A stretch of 64,000 bases of DNA from an uncultured delta proteobacterium (GTDB taxonomy: Bacteria > Desulfobacterota > Binatia > Binatales > Binataceae): positions 128,001-192,000 of the forward strand of contig CAWCDG010000005.1 in the NCBI GenBank assembly GCA_963794325.1, written 5' to 3'. Numbering within the stretch: the stretch's first letter is position 1; each line of letters opens with the position of its first letter. Shown piece by piece: positions 29,447 through 38,443 of the stretch. The notes under the pieces were generated by a model. It saw only the letters and a program-made list of their open reading frames with translations, was not told where the DNA came from and did no database searches. Made by a program: the position numbers and the translations under genes.

Positions 29447-30421
29447 TCACGGCGCTTTCAGGTTCACGTTGGCGCACGGTCCATCGACAACCGTCTGCAC
29501 CAGGTTGGTGCCAGAGTTTTTCTGCGCTTTCAGCGATGCAGTGCTGCCGCGGCAATTCATAGTTACGCCGTCGGAGTGATTCTTGCTCGCAGTCACGCCG
29601 GAAATGATGCCAAATCTTCCGGGGCCGAAATCGATACCGGTCCCCGCGTTGCCGGTCGATTTGCTCGCCGTGACCATGTTCTCGCTGCTCGACGGGAACT
29701 CGATTCCGTCGTCCCCATTGCCGGATATGGTTGATTTGATAACGCCATTGTCGTCGCTGGCCAGTTCGACGCCGACGGAGGAGTTTTTCTGGATTTTGCT
29801 GCTAACCACGAAGCTGCAGCAATCTGACATTTCCACGCCGACGCCGGTGTTTTTGCTGACCGTGCTTCCGACCAACGTATTGCAGCAGCTCGTGATAACG
29901 ATTCCGCCACCGTGGTTACCGTTAGCCTGGACCTTGGTCAAACTGCTGTCGTCCGAGAGTATGTGGATGCCGACGCCACCGTTGTTGTTCGAGGTGACCG
30001 AGCTCAGCGTGTTGCAACACTCTTTGATGAGGATACCGTCACCGGTGTTATTCGAGGTATTGAGGTTGGAAATTATCGCACTGCCCGAGGTGGGCAGGCT
30101 GACGCCCGAGGCAAAGTTGCGGATTTTGCCGTTGGCGATGATTGCGTTATCGCGATCGCCGCCGTCGTCGACGATCCCGGAACCGCTGCCGTTGCCAGTA
30201 ATGGTCTTTCCATTCAAATCGATCGCTACATTGTCTGCGGCAATTATCAGGCAGTCGGTGGTGGCGCTAAGGTTGGTGGTCAGCACGTAATTCCCCGGCG
30301 CCGCGAGCGTTCCGCACATGGACACCATGGTGCTTGCCGTCGCGCGCCCGCAGAGGCCGCCAATCAGCAACATCGCAAATAGCGCAGCGGTAAGCCGCCG
30401 CGCCGAAAACTCGATATTCAT
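29447..30421 (-). CDS. Secreted right-handed parallel beta-helix repeat protein with CC/DD motifs
   Basis: Signal peptide (..RATA), IDLNGKTITG, about 22-aa repeats ending NxGxG; GGAGG upstream of ATG 30421. Confidence 0.82.
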   Translation of the reverse strand: MNIEFSARRLTAALFAMLLIGGLCGRATASTMVSMCGTLAAPGNYVLTTNLSATTDCLIIAADNVAIDLNGKTITGNGSGSGIVDDGGDRDNAIIANGKIRNFASGVSLPTSGSAIISNLNTSNNTGDGILIKECCNTLSSVTSNNNGGVGIHILSDDSSLTKVQANGNHGGGIVITSCCNTLVGSTVSKNTGVGVEMSDCCSFVVSSKIQKNSSVGVELASDDNGVIKSTISGNGDDGIEFPSSSENMVTASKSTGNAGTGIDFGPGRFGIISGVTASKNHSDGVTMNCRGSTASLKAQKNSGTNLVQTVVDGPCANVNLKAP

Positions 30422-30521
30422 AAGTCCCCTCCCGTTGATGATCCCGAACGGTTCATGCATACGCCCCGGGATCAGGTCCGAACATCTGATGCATTGGTTC
30501 ATCGTCTTCAGCCCAGCCGTC

Positions 30522-31490
30522 CTAATTCAGCTTGTTGTTCAGCTGGGTGCAGGTGCCGCCAGAGGTCGACAATGGACCGCCGTTGTTGTTTCTGGTCGTC
30601 AGGCCAGTGATCGCGCCCGGACATTCCACGCTGGCGCCCGCGCCCTGATTTCCACTGGCTACACTGCTCGTGATCTGATTGTCAGTGCCGGCCAGCAAAA
30701 TCCCGTTGCCGGTGTTGCTGCTGGCGTTGGTGCGGGTGACAAGATTGTCGCTGTTGGTGAGATTCGCTCCGTTGCCGTGGTTAAGCGCGACAGTGCTTTC
30801 GATGACGAAGTTGCAGCATCCCGACAGGGCGACACCGTCGGCACTGTTGCTCTGCACTTTGCTGGAAATCACGAAGTTGCAGCAATCGTTTCCAGACACC
30901 CCGGTCGCGCCATTGCCGGAAACGGTACTGTTGGAGACGGTTGTGCAACAACCAGTCGCGATTATGCCGCCGCCTGGGCCGTTGTGGTTCACCTGAACGT
31001 TGTTCAGCGTGTAGCAGCAACTCAGGGCCATAATTCCGGTGGTGCCGTTACTGTTCGTCGTTACGGAATCGAGCGTGCCACAGCACTCACCCACCAGGAT
31101 CCCGGTCGCGGTGTTATTTGACGAATCGACGTTGCGGATCACCACACAGCATGAGGTGTCGAGTCCGATGCCGACGCTGAAGTTGCGAATCTTGCCGTTC
31201 GCAATTGCCATCGACTCGAAGTTGCCGCCGCCGTCGGAGATTCCGTCGCCGGTGCCGTTACCTGTGATGGTGTGCCCTTTCATGTCGAGCGAAACGCCTT
31301 CGCTGCCGATGACGATACAGGTACCCGTCGATGTCAGATTCTTCGTCAGGAAATAATTCCCCGCCGCAGACAACGTCCCGCAGGCTGATACTGCGGTGTC
31401 GGCGCGGGATGGCGACGAGGCCAACACCAGCAGCGTCAACGCGCCCAATACGCCGACAGCGTATCCTCTGAAACCCCTCTCGAATGACAT
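30522..31490 (-). CDS. Secreted right-handed parallel beta-helix repeat protein with six CC motifs
   Basis: Signal peptide (..SRA), LDMKGHTITG, 22-23-aa repeats; clear paralog of the downstream gene. Confidence 0.82.
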   Translation of the reverse strand: MSFERGFRGYAVGVLGALTLLVLASSPSRADTAVSACGTLSAAGNYFLTKNLTSTGTCIVIGSEGVSLDMKGHTITGNGTGDGISDGGGNFESMAIANGKIRNFSVGIGLDTSCCVVIRNVDSSNNTATGILVGECCGTLDSVTTNSNGTTGIMALSCCYTLNNVQVNHNGPGGGIIATGCCTTVSNSTVSGNGATGVSGNDCCNFVISSKVQSNSADGVALSGCCNFVIESTVALNHGNGANLTNSDNLVTRTNASSNTGNGILLAGTDNQITSSVASGNQGAGASVECPGAITGLTTRNNNGGPLSTSGGTCTQLNNKLN

Positions 31491-31630
31491 AGTTCCTCCC
31501 CTGACCGCTCTGCGGAAATTGGCGCTAAATCGAATTTCGTAGAAGCGCACGAAGGTGAAGCGAACTCGAATGCGCCGCGAGCGGTCGCCAGAGCTTATGC
31601 GCGACGTCGAGGCGATTGCAACTCAGATAA

Positions 31631-32482
31631 CTAAATGTAGAGTGCAGCGATTTTCTTGAGCATCACTTCTGTGTTCTCGAATGTCAGTTCTCCCAGGCCT
31701 GCGACGAAGCGGCCCGCGCCGGATTGCGCGAACTCCTTCAGGCCTTCCTGTACTGTTGCGCGGTCGCCGCGGATGCCGCCCATGATGGTGATATCGAGGT
31801 CCGCGAAATTTCTGCCGATGGCGCTGCATTCGCGCTTGAGTTCGTCGACGCGAGTCTTCAACTGCGCCGGGTTCAGTGCGATCGGGCACCATCCGTCGGC
31901 CCATTTCGCTACACGCTTGAGTGCGTTCTTGTCGAGGCTGCCGATCAGAACAGGAGGCCCTGATTTCTGCGCCGGCTTGGGCATCGACTTCACCGGCGGG
32001 AACTTGACGTACTTGCCCTCGAACGACGCGGCGTCTTCGGTCCACAATTTGCGCATCGCGGCGACAATCTCGGCGGTCTCGGTCCATCTATGGGGGAAAT
32101 CGACGCCGAACAGATCGCTCTCTTCGCGCAGCCATCCTGCGCCGATGCCGAACAGCACGCGGCCGCCCGAGTATGCGTCCAGCGTCGCGAACTGCTTGGC
32201 GAGCGCGAGAGGTTCATGCTCGGGCACGAGGCAGATACCGGTGGCGAGTTTGAGATTCTTGGTGACGGCGGCGGCCATGCTGAGGGAGATCATCTGATCG
32301 GCCATCGTGAAGTACTGCGGCGGAATCGGACCGCCGGTGGGGAATAGCTGCTTGGGATTCGCGGGCATCGCGGGATGCTCAGGGACCCAGATCGATTCGA
32401 AGCCGAGCGATTCGGCGACGCGCGCGAATTCCGCGGGGTGAGCATTCTTGCCGGTGAAGGGAGTGAGTAGTCCGATTTTCAT
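31631..32482 (-). CDS. LLM class (probable F420-dependent) oxidoreductase
   Basis: GFESIWVPEH, LAKQFATLD, SGGRVLFGIGAGW, PKPAQ. Confidence 0.88.
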   Translation of the reverse strand: MKIGLLTPFTGKNAHPAEFARVAESLGFESIWVPEHPAMPANPKQLFPTGGPIPPQYFTMADQMISLSMAAAVTKNLKLATGICLVPEHEPLALAKQFATLDAYSGGRVLFGIGAGWLREESDLFGVDFPHRWTETAEIVAAMRKLWTEDAASFEGKYVKFPPVKSMPKPAQKSGPPVLIGSLDKNALKRVAKWADGWCPIALNPAQLKTRVDELKRECSAIGRNFADLDITIMGGIRGDRATVQEGLKEFAQSGAGRFVAGLGELTFENTEVMLKKIAALYI

Positions 32483-32509
32483 GGTGGCCTCCTCGTTTCT
32501 AAGGAAGAA

Positions 32510-32800
32510 AAGATCCCCGATTCTTCGTGCGCTCAAGAATGACACAAAAAAAAGAGGACACAAGAAATCGACGTTGCTCAGATGTCGCTTGAATCCAGAA
32601 CCCTCACCGCCGGCGGCTACGCCCGCCGGCCGCCTCTCCCGTGAAATGACGGGCGAGGTAAGATTCGCTGCGCTCAGGAGGACACAAAAAAAGTTCTCAC
32701 GGGGACGAAGTCCCGCATCCTGTCTTTTTCACTGGGTGCAGGGGTCACCCCTGCCCAAGGGTGTGGAACCCACGGTGGGTTCCGCATTCAATCAAGTGAT
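32510..32800. repeat. Mosaic of repeats (family E fragments, CCCTCACC hairpin, full family B copy at 32701-32798)
   Basis: GATTCTTCGTGCGCTCAAGAATGACA; CCCTCACC...CCTCTCCC; GGGACGAAGTCCC...GGGTGCAGGGGTCACCCCTGCC...TTCAATCAAG. Confidence 0.72.
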
Positions 32801-32810
32801 TTACCCTTCC

Positions 32811-33287
32811 CTACTCCCAGCCGAAGAAATCTTTTGCGGCGATGAATTTTGCGACGCCGGCGGCTTCGCCTGCCAGGCGGTCGACTTCCTGATCGCCGAC
32901 CATGGTTGAGGACGTCAGATCGACGCCGTACATGTCGGCTAGCTCCGTGATCATGCCGCCTTTCGGCTTGCGGCATGCGCAGTGGTCGTCGTCGGTGTGC
33001 GGGCAGATTTGCCATGCCGTCAGAATGCCGCCGAGCTGGTCGTCGAGATCCTCCAATGCGGCTTCCACGTTTTCCGCTTTAAGGCGGCCGCGCGTGATTC
33101 CCGCCTGGTTGGTGACGACAAACATCAGATGGTTGTGCATGGGGCGGAGTTTTTCGGCTACGCCGGGCAGCAGTTCGATTACGATGTTGCCGTTGGCGTC
33201 GAGCGGAATTTCGCGCGACTCGTTGAGCTTGACGAGAGTGCCGCCGAGATCGAAAAACAGCGCCGAGTTGCCATTCGGATTGGCCAT
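32811..33287 (-). CDS. HAD-IIIA phosphatase (GmhB/HisB-N-like)
   Basis: FFDLGGT, VTNQAG, CPHxxxxxCxCRKP Zn motif, MVGD. Confidence 0.85.
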   Translation of the reverse strand: MANPNGNSALFFDLGGTLVKLNESREIPLDANGNIVIELLPGVAEKLRPMHNHLMFVVTNQAGITRGRLKAENVEAALEDLDDQLGGILTAWQICPHTDDDHCACRKPKGGMITELADMYGVDLTSSTMVGDQEVDRLAGEAAGVAKFIAAKDFFGWE

Positions 33288-33303
33288 TGAAAAAAGCCTT
33301 CGC

Positions 33304-34686
33304 CTAGGCGTGGCGCCAGTCAACGTGGTCGCGAACGTGGGCGAACACTTCGTCCAGGATCTCGACACCCGCCTCGGCTTGCGCTTCAGTGATCACGAGC
33401 GACGGGTTGATTCGAATCTTGGGGAAGTAGGCCATCGTGACCAGCCCACGCTTGAGGCATTCGGCGAAGATCAGCTCGGTGACCTTCTTGCCGAGCAACT
33501 CCTTGGTTTCGAGATCGCGCACCAGCTCGACGCCGATCAGGAGACCCTTGCCGCGGACGTCGCCGATGAACTCGTATTTTTCTTTTAGCTGTACGAGCCG
33601 CGACAGCATCATCGCGCCAACTTTGCGCGAGTTCTCGACCAGGTGCTCGCGCTGAATCGTGCCGATCGTTTCCGAGACCGCGACTGCCGCGAGCGGATTT
33701 CCGCCGTAGCTCGACGATGACGCGCTCGGCTTGCCGAACGGTTCCGCCTTCCCCAGCTCGTCGCTCAGCAGGACTCCCGACACCGGGAAGCCCGAGCCCA
33801 TCCCCTTGCCGACGGTGACGATATCGGGGCGGGTGCCGCTGTGCTCGACGCCCCACCATTTTCCGGTGCGCCCAAAGCCGGTGATCATTTCGTCGGCGAT
33901 CAGCAGCGCGCCGAAATCCTTGGCGACGGATTTAACCGCAGGCAGCCAGTCGTCGGGCGGGATGACGTTGCCGGCGGTGCCCTGCATCGGCTCGGCGACG
34001 ATCGCGGCGAGCGACCCGCCGCTGCTCATCTTGATTTGCTGGCGCGCGAAATCGACGCAGTACAGTCCGCAGTCGGGATACTTCAGCTTGAAGGGGCATC
34101 GATAGCAGTCGGCGTAGGGAACCGTGTACTGGCCGCCTTGCAATGGGCCGTAGCCTTGCTTCGATTCGTCACCGATGAGTCCGAGCACGCCGCCGGTCTT
34201 GCCATGGAAGCCGCCCCAGAAGCTGACAACTTCATGATGGCCGGTTGCGGAACGCGCGAGCCGGAGCGCGGCTTCGACCGCCTCCGCGCCGCCGCTATAT
34301 AGATGTGCGCGATTGAGTCCCGCGGGCGCGACTTCGGCCAGCGCCTTGAAGGCGGCCGCGCGCTCTTTGGTCGCGAAGGTGCCGACCGTCAGCCGCGCCG
34401 CCTGTTTGGACAGCGCCTGCGCCATCCCGGGATGCGCATGGCCGAGACTGGCGACCGCGACGCCCGCAAAGAAATCGACGTAGGTGTTGCCGTCGGCGTC
34501 GGTGAGGGTCGCGCCTTCGCCGTGGTCGAATGCGAGGCCGGCCAGTAGCGAAATTCGCTGGCGGCCGGGGGCGATATACTTCTGTTCGAGGTCGAAGATC
34601 TCTTTCGATTTTGGTCCCGGAACTGCGGTCTTGATCGAAGGAAGTTTTCCGTTGTTACTGTTACCAGTGGTTGTCGTGGTCTTCAA
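33304..34686 (-). CDS. Class III PLP-dependent aminotransferase
   Basis: SGGAEAVE, GFHGKT, EPMQG, LIADEMITGFGRTG, GKGMGSG, YGGNP. Confidence 0.93.
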   Translation of the reverse strand: MKTTTTTGNSNNGKLPSIKTAVPGPKSKEIFDLEQKYIAPGRQRISLLAGLAFDHGEGATLTDADGNTYVDFFAGVAVASLGHAHPGMAQALSKQAARLTVGTFATKERAAAFKALAEVAPAGLNRAHLYSGGAEAVEAALRLARSATGHHEVVSFWGGFHGKTGGVLGLIGDESKQGYGPLQGGQYTVPYADCYRCPFKLKYPDCGLYCVDFARQQIKMSSGGSLAAIVAEPMQGTAGNVIPPDDWLPAVKSVAKDFGALLIADEMITGFGRTGKWWGVEHSGTRPDIVTVGKGMGSGFPVSGVLLSDELGKAEPFGKPSASSSSYGGNPLAAVAVSETIGTIQREHLVENSRKVGAMMLSRLVQLKEKYEFIGDVRGKGLLIGVELVRDLETKELLGKKVTELIFAECLKRGLVTMAYFPKIRINPSLVITEAQAEAGVEILDEVFAHVRDHVDWRHA

Positions 34687-34727
34687 TTGATGGCGGTCCG
34701 AATCCTTGTTTGAATTTCCGGCGCGGT

Positions 34728-35555
34728 CTAACGCGGGCGGCCGAGCAGACTTATCGCACGGCGCGCGATCGCGCGAGCAGCCGGCGCGCGCACCCGACTG
34801 TAGCTGGGCCAGTCGTTAAAATCGATAATCGCAAACTGATCGCCGCTCAAGACCGCGTCTCCGCCCCATGCGCCCAAGCCCAGCGCCCCGGCTGCCGCGG
34901 AAGCCGCTTCCGACAACGCGCGGACACAGGCCTCGGGGATTTCCTTTTCGTTGTCCTCGGGATGCACGCTGAAATGAGAGCCGCCGCTGACGCCGTAAAA
35001 TTTTATGACGCGGCCGACGACCTCCTGCTGGAGGTAGGCGAAGCGGATTCCTCGACGCGCGAAATCGGCGAGGATCGTTTCGATTTCGGTGCGATCGGCG
35101 GCGCGCTGCACGTCCTCGGGACCGAGCGCGTGCAAGTCCCCGCGCTTGACGAATACGCCCGCCGACAAATCCAGTCCCGCGAGCTTACGCGAGTCGAGTG
35201 GCTCTTCGGCCGGGACTAGCGCGCCTGGCGGAGTCGGCACTCCGGCGCTTTCGAGTCCGGCCGCGAGCAAGTCGCGGTAGCAATTGCGAATCGAGAGCGC
35301 GGAATTAATCGGGATTGCGCCGGCCTGCTCGACTTCGGCCAGCCGCTTGAGAGCGCGCGGCCCCTGGCACATCGGCAGCACGAGATCGGCGCGGATTGGC
35401 GGGCCTGACGCGAAGCTGATCGCGTCGACGGTCTGGACCTCGACGCCCTCGCGCTTCAACTCCGCCATCGTGGCGTCGAGAATCGCGGCGTCGGCCTCGA
35501 CCTTCCCGGGTGAAAACTCGGGTTCCCGATAAATTCCCAAAGCTCGATGGCTCAT
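34728..35555 (-). CDS. ATP-grasp fold protein
   Basis: FVKRGD, QQEVVGRVIKFYGV, WGGDAV, IIDFNDWPSY. Confidence 0.75.
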   Translation of the reverse strand: MSHRALGIYREPEFSPGKVEADAAILDATMAELKREGVEVQTVDAISFASGPPIRADLVLPMCQGPRALKRLAEVEQAGAIPINSALSIRNCYRDLLAAGLESAGVPTPPGALVPAEEPLDSRKLAGLDLSAGVFVKRGDLHALGPEDVQRAADRTEIETILADFARRGIRFAYLQQEVVGRVIKFYGVSGGSHFSVHPEDNEKEIPEACVRALSEAASAAAGALGLGAWGGDAVLSGDQFAIIDFNDWPSYSRVRAPAARAIARRAISLLGRPR

Positions 35556-36277
35556 GGCATCTTCCGTATTGCCAGGCGCGCGGCGTCGAGGTCTGACGCT
35601 TCATCCACGTCGATCGAACCTTCAAGCTCGATCGCATCCAGGCGCATCCCGCGTTCGATGATCAGCGCCAGGAAGCGACGGAGCGCATCGAGTCCCGCGC
35701 GTCGCGCGTCGGCGGCCAAGTCGAAAACCCTGGTCGACAGAACATAGAGTCCCGCCGTGACCATAGAAGTCTGACCTTCGCCCAGCCGCAGGATCAAGCC
35801 ATTCTGTGTTACATCGGCGAAAAGCGGCTTGGCCTCGCCGCGCCATTGCGTGACGGCCAGCACGCCAGCGAAATTTTTATCGCCACATTCCTCGATTTTT
35901 CGAATCGACTCATTAACAAAACTCACCAATTCCATCTGTGGAATTACAGCGTCCACGGTCGATGCGATAAACCATCCGGGCTCGAGCAGCTCGCCGAGTG
36001 CGAGCATCGTTTCCATCGAGTTGGCAGTATCGCGAACGACCAGGCAGAGCGCCGGTGGAATCTCGAGCACCATTTCCTTCGCGCGGCGCGCCGTTTCGGA
36101 ATTGATCACCGCGACGACCGATGACGCACCAGCGTCGAGGAGCGCGCGCGCTTGCCGCGAGAGCATCGCCTCGCCGCCGAGCTGGACGAGCGGCTTGGGG
36201 ATGTCGTCGCGGGTCGAGATGCGCAAACGATCGCCTCGGCCGGCGGCGATGATCGCTCCTTGAAGTGCGATCACCAT
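35552..36277 (-). CDS. NTP transferase (nucleotidyltransferase)
   Basis: IIAAGRGDRL, PKPLV, IDVDEASD. Confidence 0.88.
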   Translation of the reverse strand: MVIALQGAIIAAGRGDRLRISTRDDIPKPLVQLGGEAMLSRQARALLDAGASSVVAVINSETARRAKEMVLEIPPALCLVVRDTANSMETMLALGELLEPGWFIASTVDAVIPQMELVSFVNESIRKIEECGDKNFAGVLAVTQWRGEAKPLFADVTQNGLILRLGEGQTSMVTAGLYVLSTRVFDLAADARRAGLDALRRFLALIIERGMRLDAIELEGSIDVDEASDLDAARLAIRKMP

Positions 36278-36999
36278 TCGATCAGCGCAACTTCGTCGAT
36301 ACTTCGGATGGTGACGTCGGCGTCGGCGGAATCTTCATCGCGTCGCGGCTCGCTGCATAGCCAGACGGTGCGCATGCCAAGCTTGCGTGCAGGTGCACAA
36401 TCCTTGCTGAGCGAATCGCCGATCATTGCAACCGATTCGGGCGCACATTGTAATTTTTTCAGTGCGGCCTGGTAGATTCCAACTTCGGGTTTAAAAATTT
36501 TGACGCTCGACGAATCAGCGACTGCCGCGAAGAATCGATTCAGCCGCGCTTCTTCGAGGACGCGATCGAGATTTCCGTAGAAGTTGGACACGATGCCCAT
36601 CTTGAAACGGTCTTTTAATGGACCGACGACTTCACGGCTGTGCGAGAGACCGGCCGACGTCTCGCGGACGAAGGATTTGGTGACAGCCTCGACGAATCGA
36701 TGACGCCCGCCCGCGCCGGAATCGTCGAGTACCTTGCGCAGCGGATCGGGACCGCTTTTCCGCAGGTATTCGAATTGATGGCCGACGAGGAAGCGCACCA
36801 GGTCGGTCATCCCGAAGCGCGCGACGACTCTGGTGGCGCCGTAGCCGATTCGCGTCGCATGATCGAAGGCCGGGTCGAGTTCGACGCGCGAGATTTCGAT
36901 TCCGGCGTCGCGGTAACTGGCCAGAAAGCGGTCAAGCCAATGCGCAGGCCCGTCAAGCGTGCCGCCGAAATCGAACAGGAGAGCCGTGATCGTGGCCAT
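36271..36999 (-). CDS. HAD-IA family hydrolase
   Basis: LFDFGGTLD, IVSNF, FKPEVGIY, MIGDSLSKD. Confidence 0.88.
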   Translation of the reverse strand: MATITALLFDFGGTLDGPAHWLDRFLASYRDAGIEISRVELDPAFDHATRIGYGATRVVARFGMTDLVRFLVGHQFEYLRKSGPDPLRKVLDDSGAGGRHRFVEAVTKSFVRETSAGLSHSREVVGPLKDRFKMGIVSNFYGNLDRVLEEARLNRFFAAVADSSSVKIFKPEVGIYQAALKKLQCAPESVAMIGDSLSKDCAPARKLGMRTVWLCSEPRRDEDSADADVTIRSIDEVALIEW

Positions 37000-37173
37000 G
37001 AAGGGCCAAGTCTATCAGCCGGATTGAGCATCCTCCAGATTCGGTTTCCATCGTTGCTGACCGATCAAACAGGCACTTTTTTGGATAAGAAAAAGACTGG
37101 CCTCGGATGAAAGACGAACTCATAATCAGGGAGTGAGGTTAGTAGCACTACTACTTCCTCTGGCATTACCGCT

Positions 37174-38412
37174 GTGTTACGGTGGCGCGAGCAACCGAGA
37201 TGGGGGAAACCGGGTTTTAACGAGACGCCATTGATTGAAACTGCTCTAATCGCTGCACCTGACCGCGCGGATAATGCGGTCTTCGGACGCCCGCTTTTGG
37301 AGCGGCTGATGATCAACTGCGAGCGTGCCGGGATTAGACGGTTTGTGGTGGCAGCACCACACAATCGTCATCCGGATGTCGCGCGCGCGATGGGCCGATT
37401 CAAAAATTTGAACACAGTCTCGATGGTCGAATCGTTCGGCGAGATTCTAAATGGCGGTGCGCAGAATTTGGGCATCGACGCGTCGTCGCCGTGCGTGTCG
37501 TTTTCGGGGAACCTGGTATTCGCGAAGTCGCAGCTGAAACGAATACTCGACGCGCATGCCTCCAATCCGCAGTCGATGCATCGGACCGTAAGCGCCGATC
37601 ATGACCACGGCGGGGAAATCGTGACCGGTCCGATCGGCGAGATTCTAAAGAGCGGCGGCATCTCGAACACGGTGTCGATGCCGTCGGCGAGCCTGCTGCC
37701 GTTCGCGCTGAACGGACGCCCTCAGGATCGCGAGGAGGCCGAGCTGCGGCTGGCGAAGTCGATTCGCGAGGAATCGGCGCATAAGGACGCTCCGATGGCG
37801 CGATGGGTGGACCGCAAGATTTCGTGGCGAATCAGCTACTGGCTGGCAACGCAGACGCGCGCCACGCCGAACATGGTCACGGTTACGAATACGATGTTCG
37901 GGCTTTTGTGCGCGTGGATGTTCTCGGTGCCGAATTACTGGATGCGGCTGTTCGCGGCGATTTTCTTTTTGATTTCGATCACGATCGACGGGGTTGACGG
38001 AGAATTGGCGCGGCTCAAAATGATCGAGAGCGATTTCGGCGGCAAGCTCGATGTCTTTACCGACAATATCGTGCATGCCGGGGTATTCGTCGGGCTGCTG
38101 GTCGGATGCTACCGCGTCGAATATAGCCGCGCTTACCTGTATCTGATCCCGATACTACTCGGCGGATTTGCGGCGTGTGCTTATGCGACGTGGCGCGCTT
38201 TCGAAATAAAGGGCGAGCAGGCGGCCCAGTGGCTGGACAAAGTTGATCGATGGAGCGGGCGCGATTTCGCGTACTTGCTCGTGGTATTAGCCTTAATCAA
38301 TCGGATAGAGTTCTTCGCGTGGGGAACAGCCTTCGGCAGCTACGTGTTTGCCGCAGTGCTGATATGGATCACCGGCCAAACCGAATCGTCAATGAAGACT
38401 GAGAGCTTGTAG
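37174..38412 (+). CDS. CDP-alcohol phosphotransferase with degenerate N-terminal nucleotidyltransferase-like domain (start may be TTG 37231)
   Basis: TPNMVT and DGVDGELARLKMIESDFGGKLDVFTD signature; N-terminal GRPLLERL...AGIRRFVV. Confidence 0.9.
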   Translation: MLRWREQPRWGKPGFNETPLIETALIAAPDRADNAVFGRPLLERLMINCERAGIRRFVVAAPHNRHPDVARAMGRFKNLNTVSMVESFGEILNGGAQNLGIDASSPCVSFSGNLVFAKSQLKRILDAHASNPQSMHRTVSADHDHGGEIVTGPIGEILKSGGISNTVSMPSASLLPFALNGRPQDREEAELRLAKSIREESAHKDAPMARWVDRKISWRISYWLATQTRATPNMVTVTNTMFGLLCAWMFSVPNYWMRLFAAIFFLISITIDGVDGELARLKMIESDFGGKLDVFTDNIVHAGVFVGLLVGCYRVEYSRAYLYLIPILLGGFAACAYATWRAFEIKGEQAAQWLDKVDRWSGRDFAYLLVVLALINRIEFFAWGTAFGSYVFAAVLIWITGQTESSMKTESL

Positions 38413-38443
38413 GAAGGAACTGAGGCCTGCAGGCGGAGGAAGT

